Source: Cetorhinus maximus
Lineage: Eukaryota
DNA length: 64,000 bases
Assembly (NCBI RefSeq): GCF_964194155.1
Contig: NC_135901.1
Span: 36,704,001-36,768,000, forward strand
Direction: 5' to 3'
Shown here: in pieces, positions 1 to 12,914 of the stretch
Position numbering within the stretch: the first letter of the stretch is position 1
How the letters are laid out: the number at the start of each line of letters is the position of its first letter
Made by a program: the position numbers and the translations under genes
The notes under the pieces: generated by a model
Seen by the model: only the letters and a program-made list of their open reading frames with translations
The model's database searches: none
Told to the model about the DNA's origin: nothing

Positions 1-430
1 ATGTGGGGCTTGTTTAATGAAGGGAGATCCAGTAGTTTATGCCTATACTCGCTAGACTTTAGAAGTATGAGAGGAGATCTAATTGAGGTATATAAGATGC
101 TAAAGGAGACAGACAAAGTAGACGTGGAGCAGATGTTTCCCCTTGTGGGGCATTCTAGAATGAGAGGCCATAGTTTTAGGCGAAGGGATGGTAGATTTAA
201 ATCAGAGATGAAGAGGAATTACTTTTCTCAAAATCTGTGGAATTCACTACCTCAGAGTGCAGTGGATAAATTTAAGGAGGAGATAGATTTTTAATTAGTA
301 ACTGTTTGAAAGGTTATGGGGAGATGGTGGGAAATTAGAGTTGAGGACGAAATGATATCAGCCATGATCGTAATGAATGGCGGGGCAGGTCCGAGGGGCT
401 GAATTGCCTACTCCTGCTCCTAGTTCTTAT
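1..430 (+). mobile_element. CR1-clade LINE, 3' end
   Basis: ORF 1..294 has CR1 ORF2 C-terminal motifs (RGDLIEVYK, RGHS, LWNSLP). It is followed by the CR1-type 3' tail (gcctactcctgctcctagttctta). Confidence 0.9.
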
Positions 431-454
431 TCAAGAGTCAAGCCTGGTACAGAA

Positions 455-565
455 ATTTTTTTTCTAATTATTTGATGGGATGTGGGATATGGCTTGGTCA
501 GCATTTATTACCCATCCCTAATTGCCCCTGATTAGGTGGTGTTGAGCTGCCTTCTTGAACCACTG
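455..565 (-). mobile_element. 3' tail fragment of the tRNA-headed LINE/SINE family
   Basis: gggatgtggg...cagcatttattacccatccctaattgccc matches 28765-28860 and the reverse complement of 54190-54290. Confidence 0.7.
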
Positions 566-639
566 GCAGCTCAGCCTCACCTTCTCAATGCACATTGTCC
601 TTGGGGAGTCAGGCGTTCCCCAGTCACATGCTCAGCCCT

Positions 640-1100
640 GGCTTCCCGCTCTCATTCTCTTCCGCCTTCGTCATCCAACCCAAGCCCCGCCCACTCCATG
701 ACGTCACCGATATGGCCTCACATGCCCCCTGCTCCCCGCTGAAACAAGATGGCGGCCGTTAACCCGGTCCCGGGGAAACAGCGGCTCCGGAGATTCGCGG
801 CACCGGAGAGAAACGGCCTGGGATTTTCTTGTTCGCGGCTTGTGGCCTACACCGGGTGTTTCTGATGCCTTCGCGCCCACCCACCGCCGCCGCCACTAAT
901 GCTGTCTCCGCTTCGCCGCGTCCTTACCTTCGAAAATCCAACAACCAAGCGTGCGTCCATCACTTGCACTGCGCATGTTCTCGGCTGATTGAGGGCAGCT
1001 ATGGACCAATAGGAAGAGGGGGTGGGACTGGAGGACGGAGCAACCAATCGGAGTGAATGAGGGGCGGGGCTTAACCCGGATATCCCTCATTGCCGGAAAC
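640..1100 (-). promoter_or_regulatory. CpG-island promoter and first exon of a minus-strand gene lying left of the window
   Basis: CpG-rich. GC box ggggcggggc at 1061-1070, two CCAAT boxes (~1006, ~1044), NRF1-like tgcgcatg (~970), YY1 motif caagatggcggc (~746) and a minus-strand donor aag|gtaagg at 927. 715-765 is paralogous to 33275-33325. Confidence 0.7.
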
Positions 1101-1319
1101 TCTGCATCATTCTGAAAACTGATTTGTCTCAAACTCCAGGAGAAAACTGGACCTTTCTGTTTGTGACTTTAAACAGATGAAACCCTGTGGGTGTGGAGCA
1201 GACATATCAACATTTGTTACTGAAATGTGAGAACATGATGAAACAACGTCCAAACAATTCAAGGGCTGACTTCAAGGAATGACTAGGCAGACAGGGAAAG
1301 TCATCATTAGAACAAGAGG

Positions 1320-1369
1320 TAAAAACAAAAAGCTAAAAGCTACTGCGGATGCTGGGAATCCACCGAACA
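1320..1369 (-). mobile_element. 50-bp Penelope-like tail insertion with 11-bp TSD
   Basis: taaaaacaaaaagctaaaagctactgcggatgctgggaatcc is the pLTR tail seen at 5756-5790. It is flanked by agaacaagagg at 1309-1319 and 1370-1380. Confidence 0.75.
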
Positions 1370-2129
1370 AGAACAAGAGGCCCTGGTTTCAATAAATGAG
1401 CCGGCAGACGGGTTAGGACAGGTTAGGGGGAAGGTTAATACTGTCATCATTCAGAACAACACAGACTACAAAGGAACAAATGATCTCAAAGACAACTTCT
1501 TGTAGTATGTGTGGAGGGGGTGTGCTGACTCAGGTTTAAATGGGTTAAATGATATATGTTTTCTATGTTAGACAATGACATTAAAATCTGGAACTCAGAT
1601 GGTGATATGGATTTGTGTTAGGTGGGAAGATCTGGATCAGTGTATTACTCCAGGGAGCCTAATGATCAGAGGGACAGTATTTCAGAACTGTTCCTGTGTT
1701 TGCAACAATCCCATTGCTGTCTGTGAAGAAGACCTATGGAAATATTAAAAGTGGAAACCATAGGCCTGTTGGAGGATGATGTACACAAGGAATTTGTGAA
1801 TTATCTGAGGATAATAGTGAGGGGAAAGGAATGGATCTGGAAAGCAGCAGACACTTCATGTTGCTCCAGGAGAAGTGGACCTGGTTGTATAGATGTCTGG
1901 TTTTACATAGCACAGTCAGCCTGTGGTTTCACCCTGGATGAAGAATCTCCAAACAGTACCATTCTTTATTTTTATTCATTCATGGATATAAGCTTCACTG
2001 GCTAGGCCAGCATTTATTGCCAATCCCTAATTACCCTTGGGGCTCCCTAATCACATCACTCGATGGGATTCTCAGGAGCCACGTTGTCTACTCGGAGAGG
2101 AAGGTTTGTGTTACAGATGATGAGAAGCA

Positions 2130-2365
2130 GCATGCACAAGCAACCACACACACATTCCCTGTCAGTGTCACACACACAGACAACCTCTCCACACCCACAT
2201 GCACATAGACACACACACACACACACACACAGACATCCTCTCTCCACATACCCACACACCCTCATACACACACAGACATCCAAACACAGACCGACATACA
2301 CATTCTCTGTTTGTCAATCACACACACATGTACACACATCTCCACACTCAGATAGACACATTAGG
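2130..2365. repeat. Degenerate (CA)n microsatellite
   Basis: Directly visible CA-rich tract. Confidence 0.9.
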
Positions 2366-2508
2366 ACACTTCCTGAACAATTGGGTGGACAACACCAACT
2401 AAAGTGACTAATATTAGGTATAAGGCATTGGTGCCTGGGAGGACCACAATTTTCAGCAAACTCAAGTAAACATCACCCTCCAATGACAGTGAGCAGCTTT
2501 GACCATTC

Positions 2509-5500
2509 AAAACAAAAACAGAATTACCTGGAAAAACTCAGCAGGTCTGGCAGCTTCGGCGGAGAAGAAAAGAGTTGACGTTTTGAGTCCTCAAGACCCT
2601 TCAACAGAACTGAGTAATATTAGGAGAGGGGTGAAATATAAGCTGGTTTAAGGTGGGGGGGTGGGGGGAGAGAAGTTGGGGGGGGTGGTGGTTGTAGGGA
2701 CAAGCAAGCAGTGATAGGAGCAGATAATCAAAAGATGTCACAGACAAAGGAACAAAGAGGTGTTGAAGGTGGTGATATTATCTAAACGAATGTGCTAATT
2801 AAGAATGGATGGCAGGACACTCAAGGTACAGCTCTAGAGGGGGTGGGGTGGAGAGACTGACAGGGCATTAAAGGTATAGATTTAAAAATAATGGAAATAG
2901 GTGGGAAAAGAAAAATCTATATAAATTATTTGAAAAAACAAAAGGGAGGGGGAAGAAACGGAAAGGGGGTGGGGATAAGGGAGGGAGTTCTAAGATCTAA
3001 AGTTATTGAATTCAATATTCAGTCCAGAAGGCTGTAAAGTGCCTAGACGGAAGATGAGGTGCTGTTCCTCCAGTTTGCATTGTGCTTCACTGGAACAATG
3101 CAGCAAGCCAAGGACAGACATGTGGGCAAGAGAGCAGGGTGGAGTGTTAAAATGGCAAGCGACAGGGAAGTTTGGGTCTTTCTTGCCGATAGACCGCAGG
3201 TGTTCTGCAAAGCGGTCGCCCAGTTTACGTTTGGTCTCTCCAATGTTGAGGAGACCGCATTGGGAGCAATGAATGCAGTATTCTAAGTTAGGGGAAATGC
3301 AAGTGAAATGCTGCTTCACTTGAAAGGAGTGTTTGGGCCCTTGGACGGTGAGGAGAGAGGAAGTGAAGGGGCAGGTGTTGCATCTTCTGTGTGGGCATGG
3401 GGAGGTGCCATAGGTGGGGGTTGAGGAGTAGGGGGTGATGGAGGAGTGGACCAGAGTGTCCCGGAGGGAACGATCCCTATGGAATGCCACCAGGGGGGGT
3501 GAAGGGAAGATGTGTTTGGTGGTGGCATCATGCTGGAGTAGGCGGAAATGGCGGAGGATGATCCTTTGAATGCGGAGGCTGGTGGGGTGATAAGTGAGGA
3601 CAAGGGGGACCCTATCATGTTTCTGGGAGGGAGGAGAAGGCGTGAGGGCGGATGCACGGGAGATGGGCAGGACACAGTTGAGGGCCCTGTCAACGACCTT
3701 GGGTGGAAAACCTCGGTTAAGGAAGAAGGAGGACATGTCAGAGGAACTGTTTTTGAAGGTAGCATCATCAGAACAGATGCGACGGAGGCAAAGGAACTGA
3801 GAGAATGGGATGGAGTCCTTACAGGAAGCGGGGTGTGAGGAGCTGTAGTCGAGGTAGCTGTGGGAGTCGGTAGGCTTGTAATGGATATTGGTGGACAGTC
3901 TATCACCAGAAATTGAGACAGAGAGGTCAAGGAAGGGAAGGGAAGTGTCAGAGATGGACCATGTGAAAATGATGGAGGGGTGGAGATTGGAAGCAAAATT
4001 AATAAATTTTACCAGGTCCCGATAAGAACATGAAGCAGCACCGAAGTAATCATCGATGTACCGGAGAAAGAGTTGTGGGAGGGGACCGGAGTAGGACTGG
4101 AACAAGGAATGTTCCACATACCCCATAAAGAGCCAGGCATAGCTGGGGCCCATGCGGGTACCCATAGCCACACCTTTTATTTGGAAGAAGTGAGAGGAGT
4201 TAAAGGAGAAATTGTTCAGTGTGAGAACAAGTTCAGCCAGACGGAGGAGAGTAGTGCTAGATGGGGATTGTTCGGGCCTCTGTTCGAGGAAGAAGCTAAG
4301 GGCCCTCAGACCATCTTGGTGGGGGATGGAGGTGAAGAGGAAGCGGTTGGGGCCAGGGAACTGGAAATTGTTGATTTGACGTAAGGTGTCAGAGGAATCA
4401 CAGATGTAGGTGGGAAGGGACTGGACAAGGGGAGAGAGAAGGGAGTCAAGATAACGAGAAATGAGTATCGTGGGGCAGGAACAGGTTGACACGATCAGTC
4501 TGCCGGGACAGTCCTGTTTGTGGATTTTGGGTAGGAGGTAGAAGCGGGCCGTCCGAGGTTGGGCGACTATCAGGTTGGACGCTGTGGGAGGAAGATCTCC
4601 AGAGGAGATGAGGTCAGTGACAGTCCTGGAAACAATGGCTTGATGTTCAGTGGTGGGGTCATGGTCCAGGGAGAGGTAGGAGGAAGTGTCTGCGAGTTGA
4701 CGCTCAGCCTTCGCGAGGTAGAGGTCAGTGCGCCAGACAACAACAGCAGCACCCTTGTCAGCAGGTTTGATGACAATGTTGGGGTTGGACCTGAGAGAAC
4801 GGAGCGCAGTAAGTTCAGAGAGAGACAGATTAGAATGGGTGAGAGGAGCAGAGAAATTGAGACGACTAATGTCACGCCGACAGTTCTCAATTAAAAGATC
4901 AAGAGAAGGTAAGAATCCAGAGGGAGGGGTCCAGGTGGAGGGAGAATATTGGAGGTGGGTAAAAGGATCCGTTGAACGGGGAGAGGACTCCTGCCCAAAG
5001 AAGTGAGCACGGAGACGAAGACGGCGGAAGAAGAGTTCAGCATCGTGCCAAGCCCGAAATCTATTGAGATGAGGGTGTAAGGGTATGAAACTAAGTCCTT
5101 TGCTGAGCACTGAACGTTCAGCGTCGGAGAGGGGAAGGTCGGGGGTATAGTGAATACATGGCTGGGGCTGGCATTAGAAGATGGGGTGGGGACGGAGGGA
5201 CAGGCAGGGGTGGAGGGTCTTAGATGGGTGTTGGTGTCGATGAGTTGTTGGAGCTTGCGTTCCTTAGCACTTGAGAGAATGAGAAAAAGTTTCTTGTTGA
5301 GGCGTCGGGTGAGACGAAGAATAAAATGAAACTGGGGGCACACGCAGCTTTGAAAAAGGGTGTGGCGGTGCTGCTGGAGGGAGAGGTCGAGTGTGTTCAT
5401 ATGGCAGCGCATGGCACTGAGTGTGGATCTCAGAATGCGACGGGAACAGCAGTCTGAGAAACATTTTATGTCCCAGAGATACCTATAATCCTGGGTGGGT

Positions 5501-6897
5501 TCGAAACCAGAGGGATGGAATTTCAGTTGAAATCCACGTGGGGTAAGTCGGAGATGGAGACAGTCACTGAGAAAGGAAATATGGCTGTGAAAGCGGGTTT
5601 TAGTAAACACTTTGTCAAACACCAGGAGAGAAATGGAAAGCAATGAGGGTGAACAAGACAGGAGAGAGATACGGAAATCCTGTTGGAGAGCAGAGCAGTA
5701 CTTCTTCAAGGTAGGCATTTCTTGAAGAGGACTGGCAGTCAATTAAACACAGAGATAAAAACAAAAAACTACTGCGGATGCTGGAAATCCAAAACAAAAA
5801 CAGAATTACCTGGAAAAACTCAGCAGGTCTGGCAGCATCGGCGGAGAAGAAAAGAGTTGACGTATTGAGTCCTCATGACCCTTCAACAGAACTGAGTAAT
5901 ATTAGGAGAGGGGTGAAATATAAGCTGGTTTAAGGTGGGGGGGTGGGGGGAGAGAAGTTGGGGGGGGTGGGGGTGGTGGTTGTAGGGACAAGCAAGCAGT
6001 GATAGGAGCAGATAATCAAAAGATGTCACAGACAAAGGAACAAAGAGGTGTTGAAGGTGGTGATATTATCTAAACGAATGTGCTAATTAAGAATGGATGG
6101 CAGGACACTCAAGGTACAGCTCTAGAGGGGTGGGGTGGAGAGACTGACAGGGCATTAAAGGCATAGATTTAAAAATAATGGAAATAGGTGGGAAAAGAAA
6201 AATCTATATAAATTATTGGAAAAAACAAAAGGGAGGGGGAAGAAATGGAAAGGGGGTGGGGATATAGGAGGGAGTTCAAGATCTAAAGTTGTTGAATTCA
6301 ATATTCAGTCCGGGAGGCTGTAAAGTGCCTAGTCGGATGATGATGTGCTGTTCCTCCAGTTTGCATTGGGCTTCACTGGAACAATGCAGCAAGCCAAGGA
6401 CAGACATGTGGGCAAGAGAGCAGGGTGGAGTGTTAAAATGGCAAGCGACAGGGAGGTTTGGGGCTTTCTTGCGGACAGACCGCAGGTGTTATGCAAAGCG
6501 GTCGCCCAGTTTACGTTTGGTCTCTCCAATGTAGAGGAAACCGCATTGGGAGCAACGAATGCAGTAGGCTAAGTTAGGGGAAATGCAAGTGAAATGCTGC
6601 TTCACTTGAAAGGAGTGTTTGGGCCCTTGGACGGTGAGGAGAGAGGAAGTGAAGGGGCAGGTGTTGCATCTTCTGCGTGGGCATGAGGAGGTGCCATAGA
6701 TGGGAGTTGAGGAGTAGGGGGTGATGGAGGAGTGGATCAGGGTGTCCCGGAGGGAACGATCCCTACAGAATGCCGCCAGGGCTGGTGAAGGGAAGATGTG
6801 TTTGGTGGTGGCATCATGCTGGAGTTGGCGGAAATGGCGGAGGATGATCCTTTGAATGCGGAGGCTGGTGGGGTGAAAAGTGAGGACAAGGGGGACT
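2509..6897 (-). mobile_element. Penelope-like retroelement, near full length, partial-tandem (pLTR) structure
   Basis: RT plus GIY-YIG ORF. 2509-3610 is directly repeated at 5791-6897. Confidence 0.95.
2990..5742 (-). pseudogene. Penelope-like RT + GIY-YIG endonuclease ORF, disrupted
   Basis: Motifs KPADKG, LPKIHK, GVAMGT, RYIDD and CxxC-IGET. There is a frameshift at the G5 run 5141-5145. RT motif A reads FLFTSIPH, so the usual xDVxSLYT segment is missing (~4330). Confidence 0.9.
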
Positions 6898-7437
6898 ATC
6901 CAATCCCAGCCCTTTCTCTGAACATTAAATCTGTATTGAACCACATGTGGGACAGAGGCAACAACACAATTAGAACAATGAGCTGTCTATTGCCAGTCTG
7001 GGAGACAGAAGGAGGTTGTAACATTTCAGAACAATTTCGCTGGATATTTAGAGCCTCTACTTTCACTTGGAATTATTGAAGGTTTTAATTCCCCTCATAT
7101 TGATAGTCTGGTTAATGAAGAGAATTCTGAGACAGGTCACATGGAGAAAGAATAGAATGTTGTTGTGACTCTGTAGCCGAATATTTCCCTGACTTTGCCC
7201 ATTGCTGCTCCAAAATACCAGAACACGTTCTTATGTTCAAAAGGAACTATTTTGTGTTAGTGATATTAAACAGACTCAAGACAACGTATGTTTAAACATT
7301 AGTCAGATTCAACTGATTTTTGTCCAGAATATTAACCCCCGTAACTGGTCTGGAGTTTATTAACATCAGCAGAAACAGACCCCAATGAACATGGCTCAGT
7401 CCTGGATGTGTTTAACAGCAAAATACAATAACTGTCA

Positions 7438-8561
7438 TTACTCATGAACTCACTGCTGTCTCAGCAGGTAGGATGACTGAGTAAATCTCTTCCTACACTC
7501 GGAGCAGGTGAACGGCCTCTCCCCAGAGTGAATTCACTGGTGTAATGTGAGTTGAAATGATTGTGTGAACCCAGTTGCACAGTGAGAGCACCTGAATGGT
7601 ATCTCGAAGGTGTGAACATGTTGGAGACGTCAGCTCCCTGGAACTTTGAAAGCATTTCCTGCGCTCTGGCATTCAAAAGGACTTTTTGTCAGTGTGAACT
7701 CTTTGGTGTGTCTTCAAGTTGGATGAATTAATGAATCCCTTCCCACACTCACTGCAGATGAATGGTCTCTCCCCCGTGTGAACTCGTTGGTGTCTCAGCA
7801 GGTCTGACGAGCTGATGAATCCCATTCCACACTCAGAGCAGGTGAACAGCCTGTCCCCAGTGTGAATGCGCTGGTGTACAGTGAGATGGGATGAGCATCT
7901 GAACCCAGCCCCACAGTGAAAGCACCTGAATTGTCTCTCATCCGTCTGAACATGTTGATGGGACATCAGTTCCTGGGAACTTTTAAAGCACTCCCACAGT
8001 CTGTACATGTAAAAGGTCTCTCATCAGTGTGAACCCACTGGTGTGTCAGCAGGTGGGATGAGTAAGTGAATCTCTTGCCACACTCAGAGCAGGTAAATGG
8101 CCTACACCCAGTGTGAATTCGCTGGTGTACAGTGAGTTGAGATGATCGCCTGAACCCAGTCCCACAGTGAGAGCAGCTGAATGGTCTCTCGTCAGTGTGA
8201 ACACATTGATTGGACATCAGTTCCCGAGAGCTTTTATAGCACTTTCCACAATCTGGGCATTTGAAAGGTCTCTCATCAGTGTGAACTCGCTGGTGTGTCA
8301 TCAGGTTGGATGAATTAATGAATCCCTTCCCACACTCGGAACAGGTGAACGGTCTCTCCCCAGTGTGACTGCGTCGATGAATTTCCAGCTCCGATGGGTA
8401 ATTGAATCCTTTCCCACAATCCCCACATTTCCACGGTTTCTCCCGTTGTGACTGCATTTATGTTTTGACAGGCCAGATGATTGGCTGAAGCCTCGTCCAC
8501 ACACAGAACACATGTACGGTTTCTTCCCACGGTGAATGGTGCTTTTTCCTTTCATGTTCAA
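7438..8561 (-). pseudogene. C2H2 zinc-finger gene A (frameshifted)
   Basis: Tandem CxxC-12-HxxxH fingers with TGERPF/TDERPF linkers, split over ORFs 8301..8561, 7966..8457 and 7673..8008. The final fingers are degenerate. Confidence 0.9.
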
Positions 8562-9085
8562 AATCCAATGACATTCAGGTTACAATAAATTGGGCAACTC
8601 AATCAGATCCTGATGTGATGTTGGGTTTCAGATTCCTGACCGCAAATCCTCCACTCCAATTTCACTTCTGTGAAATTGATTTAAAACAGACAAAAGGGAG
8701 TGAGGGAGAACCCACAAAAACACAAAAACAGGTTATGAAATTGAGCTGAATGAATCTGGGAATTTGTGGGGCCGGCACTCGGAAAAAGTGACCATGAAAA
8801 CTGCTGGATTGTCATAAAAACCCAACTGGTTCACTAAGGGAAGGCAGCTTGCCAGCCAATGTGGGTCTACACAAAACTTTGGCCTCTATGGGAGGAGGTA
8901 GAGATAGAGAGAGAGCGAGTGAGAGCGAGGCATGGGAAGCAGGCAGAGAACGAGTGGCTTTAGAAACAGAATTAACATTTCAGGGAGTGTAGAACGAATT
9001 ACAGGGAATAAAAATGGTGCAGAATTTGACGATTAATATAAGATCAGAAATGGAAGCGGTCTATAGCGCAGGAAAAGCAATTCCT

Positions 9086-10017
9086 AACACAAATTCCATG
9101 ACACAACGATAGATAGGAAAGTAAATTGTGAAGAGGATGTAAGGAGGCTACAAAGTGACATAGATAGGTTATGTGAGTGGATCTGGCAAATGAAGTACAG
9201 TGTGGGCAAATGTGAAATCATTATTTTGGCAGGAAGAATAAAAAAGAAGCTTATTATCCAATTGGTGAGAGATTGCAGAGCTCTGAGCTTCAGAGGGATC
9301 TGGATGTCCCAGTGCATGTATCACAAAAGGTTAGTACGCAGGTACAGTAACTAATTAGGAAAGCTAATCGAATGTTATCATTTATTGCGAGGGGAATTGA
9401 TTACAAAAGTAGGGCGGTTATGCTTCAGTTGTACAGGGCACTGGTGAGACCACATCTGGAGTACTGTGTACAGTACTGGTCTTATTTATAGAAGTATGTA
9501 AATACATTAGAAGCAGTTCAGAGAAGGTTTACTAGACTAATACCAGGAATGAGAGGGTTGTCTTATGAGGAAAGGCTGGACAGGTTAGGCTTGTATCCAC
9601 TGGAATTTAGAGAGTAAGAGGTGACTTAATTGAAACCTTTAAGGTCCTGAGGGGTCTTGACAGAGTGGATGTGGAGAGAATGTTTCCTCTTGTGGGAGAA
9701 TGTGGAACTAGGGGTCACTGTTTAAAAATAAGAGGTTGCTCATTTAAGACGGATGAGGAGATTTTTTTTTCTCACAGAGGGTAGTGAGTCTTTGGAACTC
9801 TCTTCCTCACGAGAGAGTGGAAGCAGAGTCTTTGAATGTTTTTAAGGCAGAGCAAGAGAGATTCTTGATTAACAAGGGGGTGATAGGTTAACGGGGGTGG
9901 GCAAGAATGTGGGGTTGAGGTTACAATCAGATCAGCCTTGATCTTATTGAATGGCGGGCAGGCTCGAGGAACCAAGTCGCCTATTTCTGCTCCTAATTTG
10001 TATGTTTATATGACTAT
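9086..10017 (+). mobile_element. CR1 LINE, 5'-truncated, in an intron of gene A
   Basis: CR1 RT C-terminus and tail. The empty site caattcctgaaagatactg is present as the reverse complement in paralog B (~24003-24021). Confidence 0.9.
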
Positions 10018-10325
10018 GAAAGATACTGTGGCAAGATAAAGCTGGTAAGCTAGCAGCACATGATCAGGAGATGGATAGCGGTTGAAACCCTATTTAGAAT
10101 AAGTTGGCAGAAGTAACAATAAAATACTAAATATAGTTAAAATACACCCAGAGTTAGAGACAGAGGAGCTTAGACAATAGCAGAGAGGTGATCTGGGAGG
10201 GCAATGGTGAAACAGAGCAATGGATAGACATGCATTCAGATCCACAGTAAAGAAGCCACACCAGCAGCAGAGCCATAGGACCTCACACAGATAACAGATC
10301 ATTGTCGATGGTCAAAAATACTCAC

Positions 10326-10379
10326 CTCTGAAAGAATTTCACTCTTTTCCAAGTTAAAATCTCCTGCTGGAGCCTGCAG
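10326..10379 (-). other. Candidate 54-nt exon of gene A (LQAPAGDFNLEKSEILSE)
   Basis: Flanked by ctttccag and gtgagt with an open frame. A degenerate paralog lies at ~23629-23680. Confidence 0.4.
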
Positions 10380-10549
10380 CTGGAAAGATATCAGAAGCAC
10401 TGGAGTAAGAGAAAAATCTCCCAGTTGAGGAAATACCCGAGGAGCGGGGTGATGTCACCGTGTAATTGTCGATGTGTGACGATGTCACACACATGGACAC
10501 AGAACATCTGGGTCTGTGCAAACCAGTGATCACCACACATTATGTGTGT

Positions 10550-10860
10550 CCTTGAGAGGGTACAGAGGAGATTTACCAGAATGGTTGGAGGGATGAGGGA
10601 ATTTACTTGTAAAGTTAGGTTGGAGAAACTGGTGTTGTTCTCCTTGGAGTGAAGGAGATTGAGGGAAAATTTGATTGAGGTGTACAAGTTTATGATTGGT
10701 TTCGATCAGGTAGATAAAGAAAAGCTGTTTCCATTTGCTGATTGTAAAAGAAGTACAGGACAAGGATTTAAGATTTTGGGCACGAGATACAGAGGGGTTG
10801 TGAGGAAGAACGTTTTTACACACTGAGTAGTAATGACCTGGAGCTCAATGCTTACACTCA
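10550..10860 (+). mobile_element. CR1 fragment
   Basis: CR1 ORF2 C-terminal sequence. An inverted counterpart lies at 23130-23430. Confidence 0.75.
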
Positions 10861-11154
10861 AAGATTGATAATATCTTGGTCTGGAATTTCTATCCTGGGC
10901 TGATAGTGACAGGTTTGGGAATGGATTGTACAGAGCATTAGAATAGGGGGGCCAGGTCCTGATGAATTGAGTGACTCTGTCAGATCTTAATGTGATGTTT
11001 GACCTAACTTTCCCGCCTGTGAATCCTCCCCTTCTAACCGCCTGTAAAAGGAGTTTCCAAAATCCGTCCCTGTCAGTCTAGGATAGAAATTCACAACATA
11101 CTCTCCTCCTGCCACCTGGACCAGGATGATCACGCATGCGCCCTGCTGCACTTG

Positions 11155-12445
11155 AAGAGATGCAGTTTAATCAGGGATAGTCTGCATGGATTTGTTAATG
11201 GAAGGCCATGTTTGTCAAATTTGATCGATTTTTTTTGAGGAGGTAACCAGGAGTGTTGATGAGGGTTAATGCATTTGATGTCGTCTACCTTTAGCAAGAA
11301 TTTTGATAAGGTCCCTCATTGTAGACTGGTCAAGAAAGTACGAGCCCCTGAGATTTAAGGCAAAGTGGCACGTTGTATCCAAAATTGGCTGAGAGCCAGG
11401 AAGCAGGGGGTGATGGTAGAGTGATATTTCTGTGATTGGAAGTTTGTTTCCAGTGGGGTTCCACAGGACTCAGTGCTGGTGCCCTTGCTGTTTCTGGTGT
11501 ACATAAATGATTTGGACTTAAATGTAAGGGGTATAATCAAGAAGTTCGTGCATGACACGAAAATTGGTAGGACGGTAAATAGTGAGGAGGATAGCCGTAA
11601 ACTGCAGGAAGATATCAATGAACCGGTCAGGTGAGCAGAACAGTGGCAATTGGAATTCAACCCAGGAAAGTGAGGTAACACACTTGGGGAGGGCTAACAA
11701 GGAAAGGCATTGCACTATGAATGGTAGGGTGGAAAGTACTGAAGATCAGAGGGACCTTGGTGTGCATATCCACAGATCTCTGAAGGTGGCAGGGCAGGTA
11801 GATAGGTGGTTAAGAAGGCAAATGGGATACCTGCCTTTATTAGCCAAGGCATGGAATACAAGAGCAGGGAGGTTATGCTGGAATTGTATAAAACACTGGT
11901 TAGGCCACAACTGGAGTCCTGCATGCAGTCCTGGTCACCACATTATAGGAAGGATGTGATTGTGCTAGAGAGGAGGAGGTTTACCAGGATGTTGCCTGGG
12001 CTGGAGGGCCTGAGCTTTGCAGAAAGATTGGACAGGCTGTGGATGTTTTCCTTGGAGCAGTGATGGTTAGAGGGGGCCTGATAGATGTGTATAAGATTAT
12101 GAGGGGCATAGATAGGGTGGATAGAAAGACACTTTTTTCATCAGTAGAGGGCTCAATAGGGGGCATAGATTTAAGGTAAGAGTTGGAGGCTAAGAGGGGA
12201 GTTGAGAAATATTTTCACCCAGAGTGGGTGGGAGTCTGGAACTCACTGCCTGAAAGGGTGGTTGAGTCAGAAACTTTCGTAACATTTAAGAAATATTTAG
12301 ATATTCACTTGTGTTACCATAGTCTCCAGGGAAATGGGCCAAGCGCTGGAAAATGGGATTAGTGTAGTCAGATCGTTGTTGACCAGCATAGATACGATGG
12401 GCCAAAAAGCCTCCTTCTGTGCTGTAAACGTTTGTGAGTCTATGA
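11155..12445 (+). mobile_element. CR1 LINE occupying the promoter position of cassette A
   Basis: RT motifs (LYKTLVRPQLE, RRFTRMLPGL) and tail. It abuts the NRF1-like gcatgcgccctgctgcac that is followed by a CpG promoter in paralogs B and D. Confidence 0.9.
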
Positions 12446-12446
12446 G

Positions 12447-12680
12447 TCAGAACAACTCCTTACAGTTAGATGTGAACTCACTGCAGCCTCAGTAGGCGAT
12501 GTGAACAAGTGATTTTTCTTTCCATACACCGAACATTTAAACTCCGTTGTCAGTAAGAATTCAGCTTGTGGACAATTATTTCACAGTGTGATTTTACCCA
12601 TAAGTTTCCAGCTTACATTGGGATCTCAAATCCTTCTGATACCGAGTTCTAAATTCTCAAACCATCTACAGTTATTGAAA
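12447..12680 (-). pseudogene. Highly decayed zinc-finger exon relic
   Basis: Homologous to 21950-22270 (+) and 52930-53290 (-), which retain finger-like words (gtgaactcactg, gactgagtgaattcc). Confidence 0.5.
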
Positions 12681-12914
12681 ATTGGGTCCTGTAAATATGA
12701 AATAAAAAAGGAAAAAGCTGGAATTTCAGCAGATCTGGTGGAGTATATGGAGGGACAAACATAGCTAATCATAGTAAATAAACTGCAGGGCTATGACTTT
12801 CCATCAGATCTGCACTGCATCAGTGCACAGACCTGAAACTTAACTCTGTTTCCCAATCTACAGATGCTCCTAGATGTGCTGAGTATTAGATGTATTCGTG
12901 ACTAACTTATATTT

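Noticed and set aside
2056-2407. His/Thr- or Cys/Val-rich ORFs
   Set aside because: They are translations of a (CA)n microsatellite.
3006-5006. Multiple plus-strand and alternate-frame ORFs, repeated at 6.3 and 38.1-39.3 kb
   Set aside because: They are shadows of the Penelope ORF, and their recurrence only reflects element copies.
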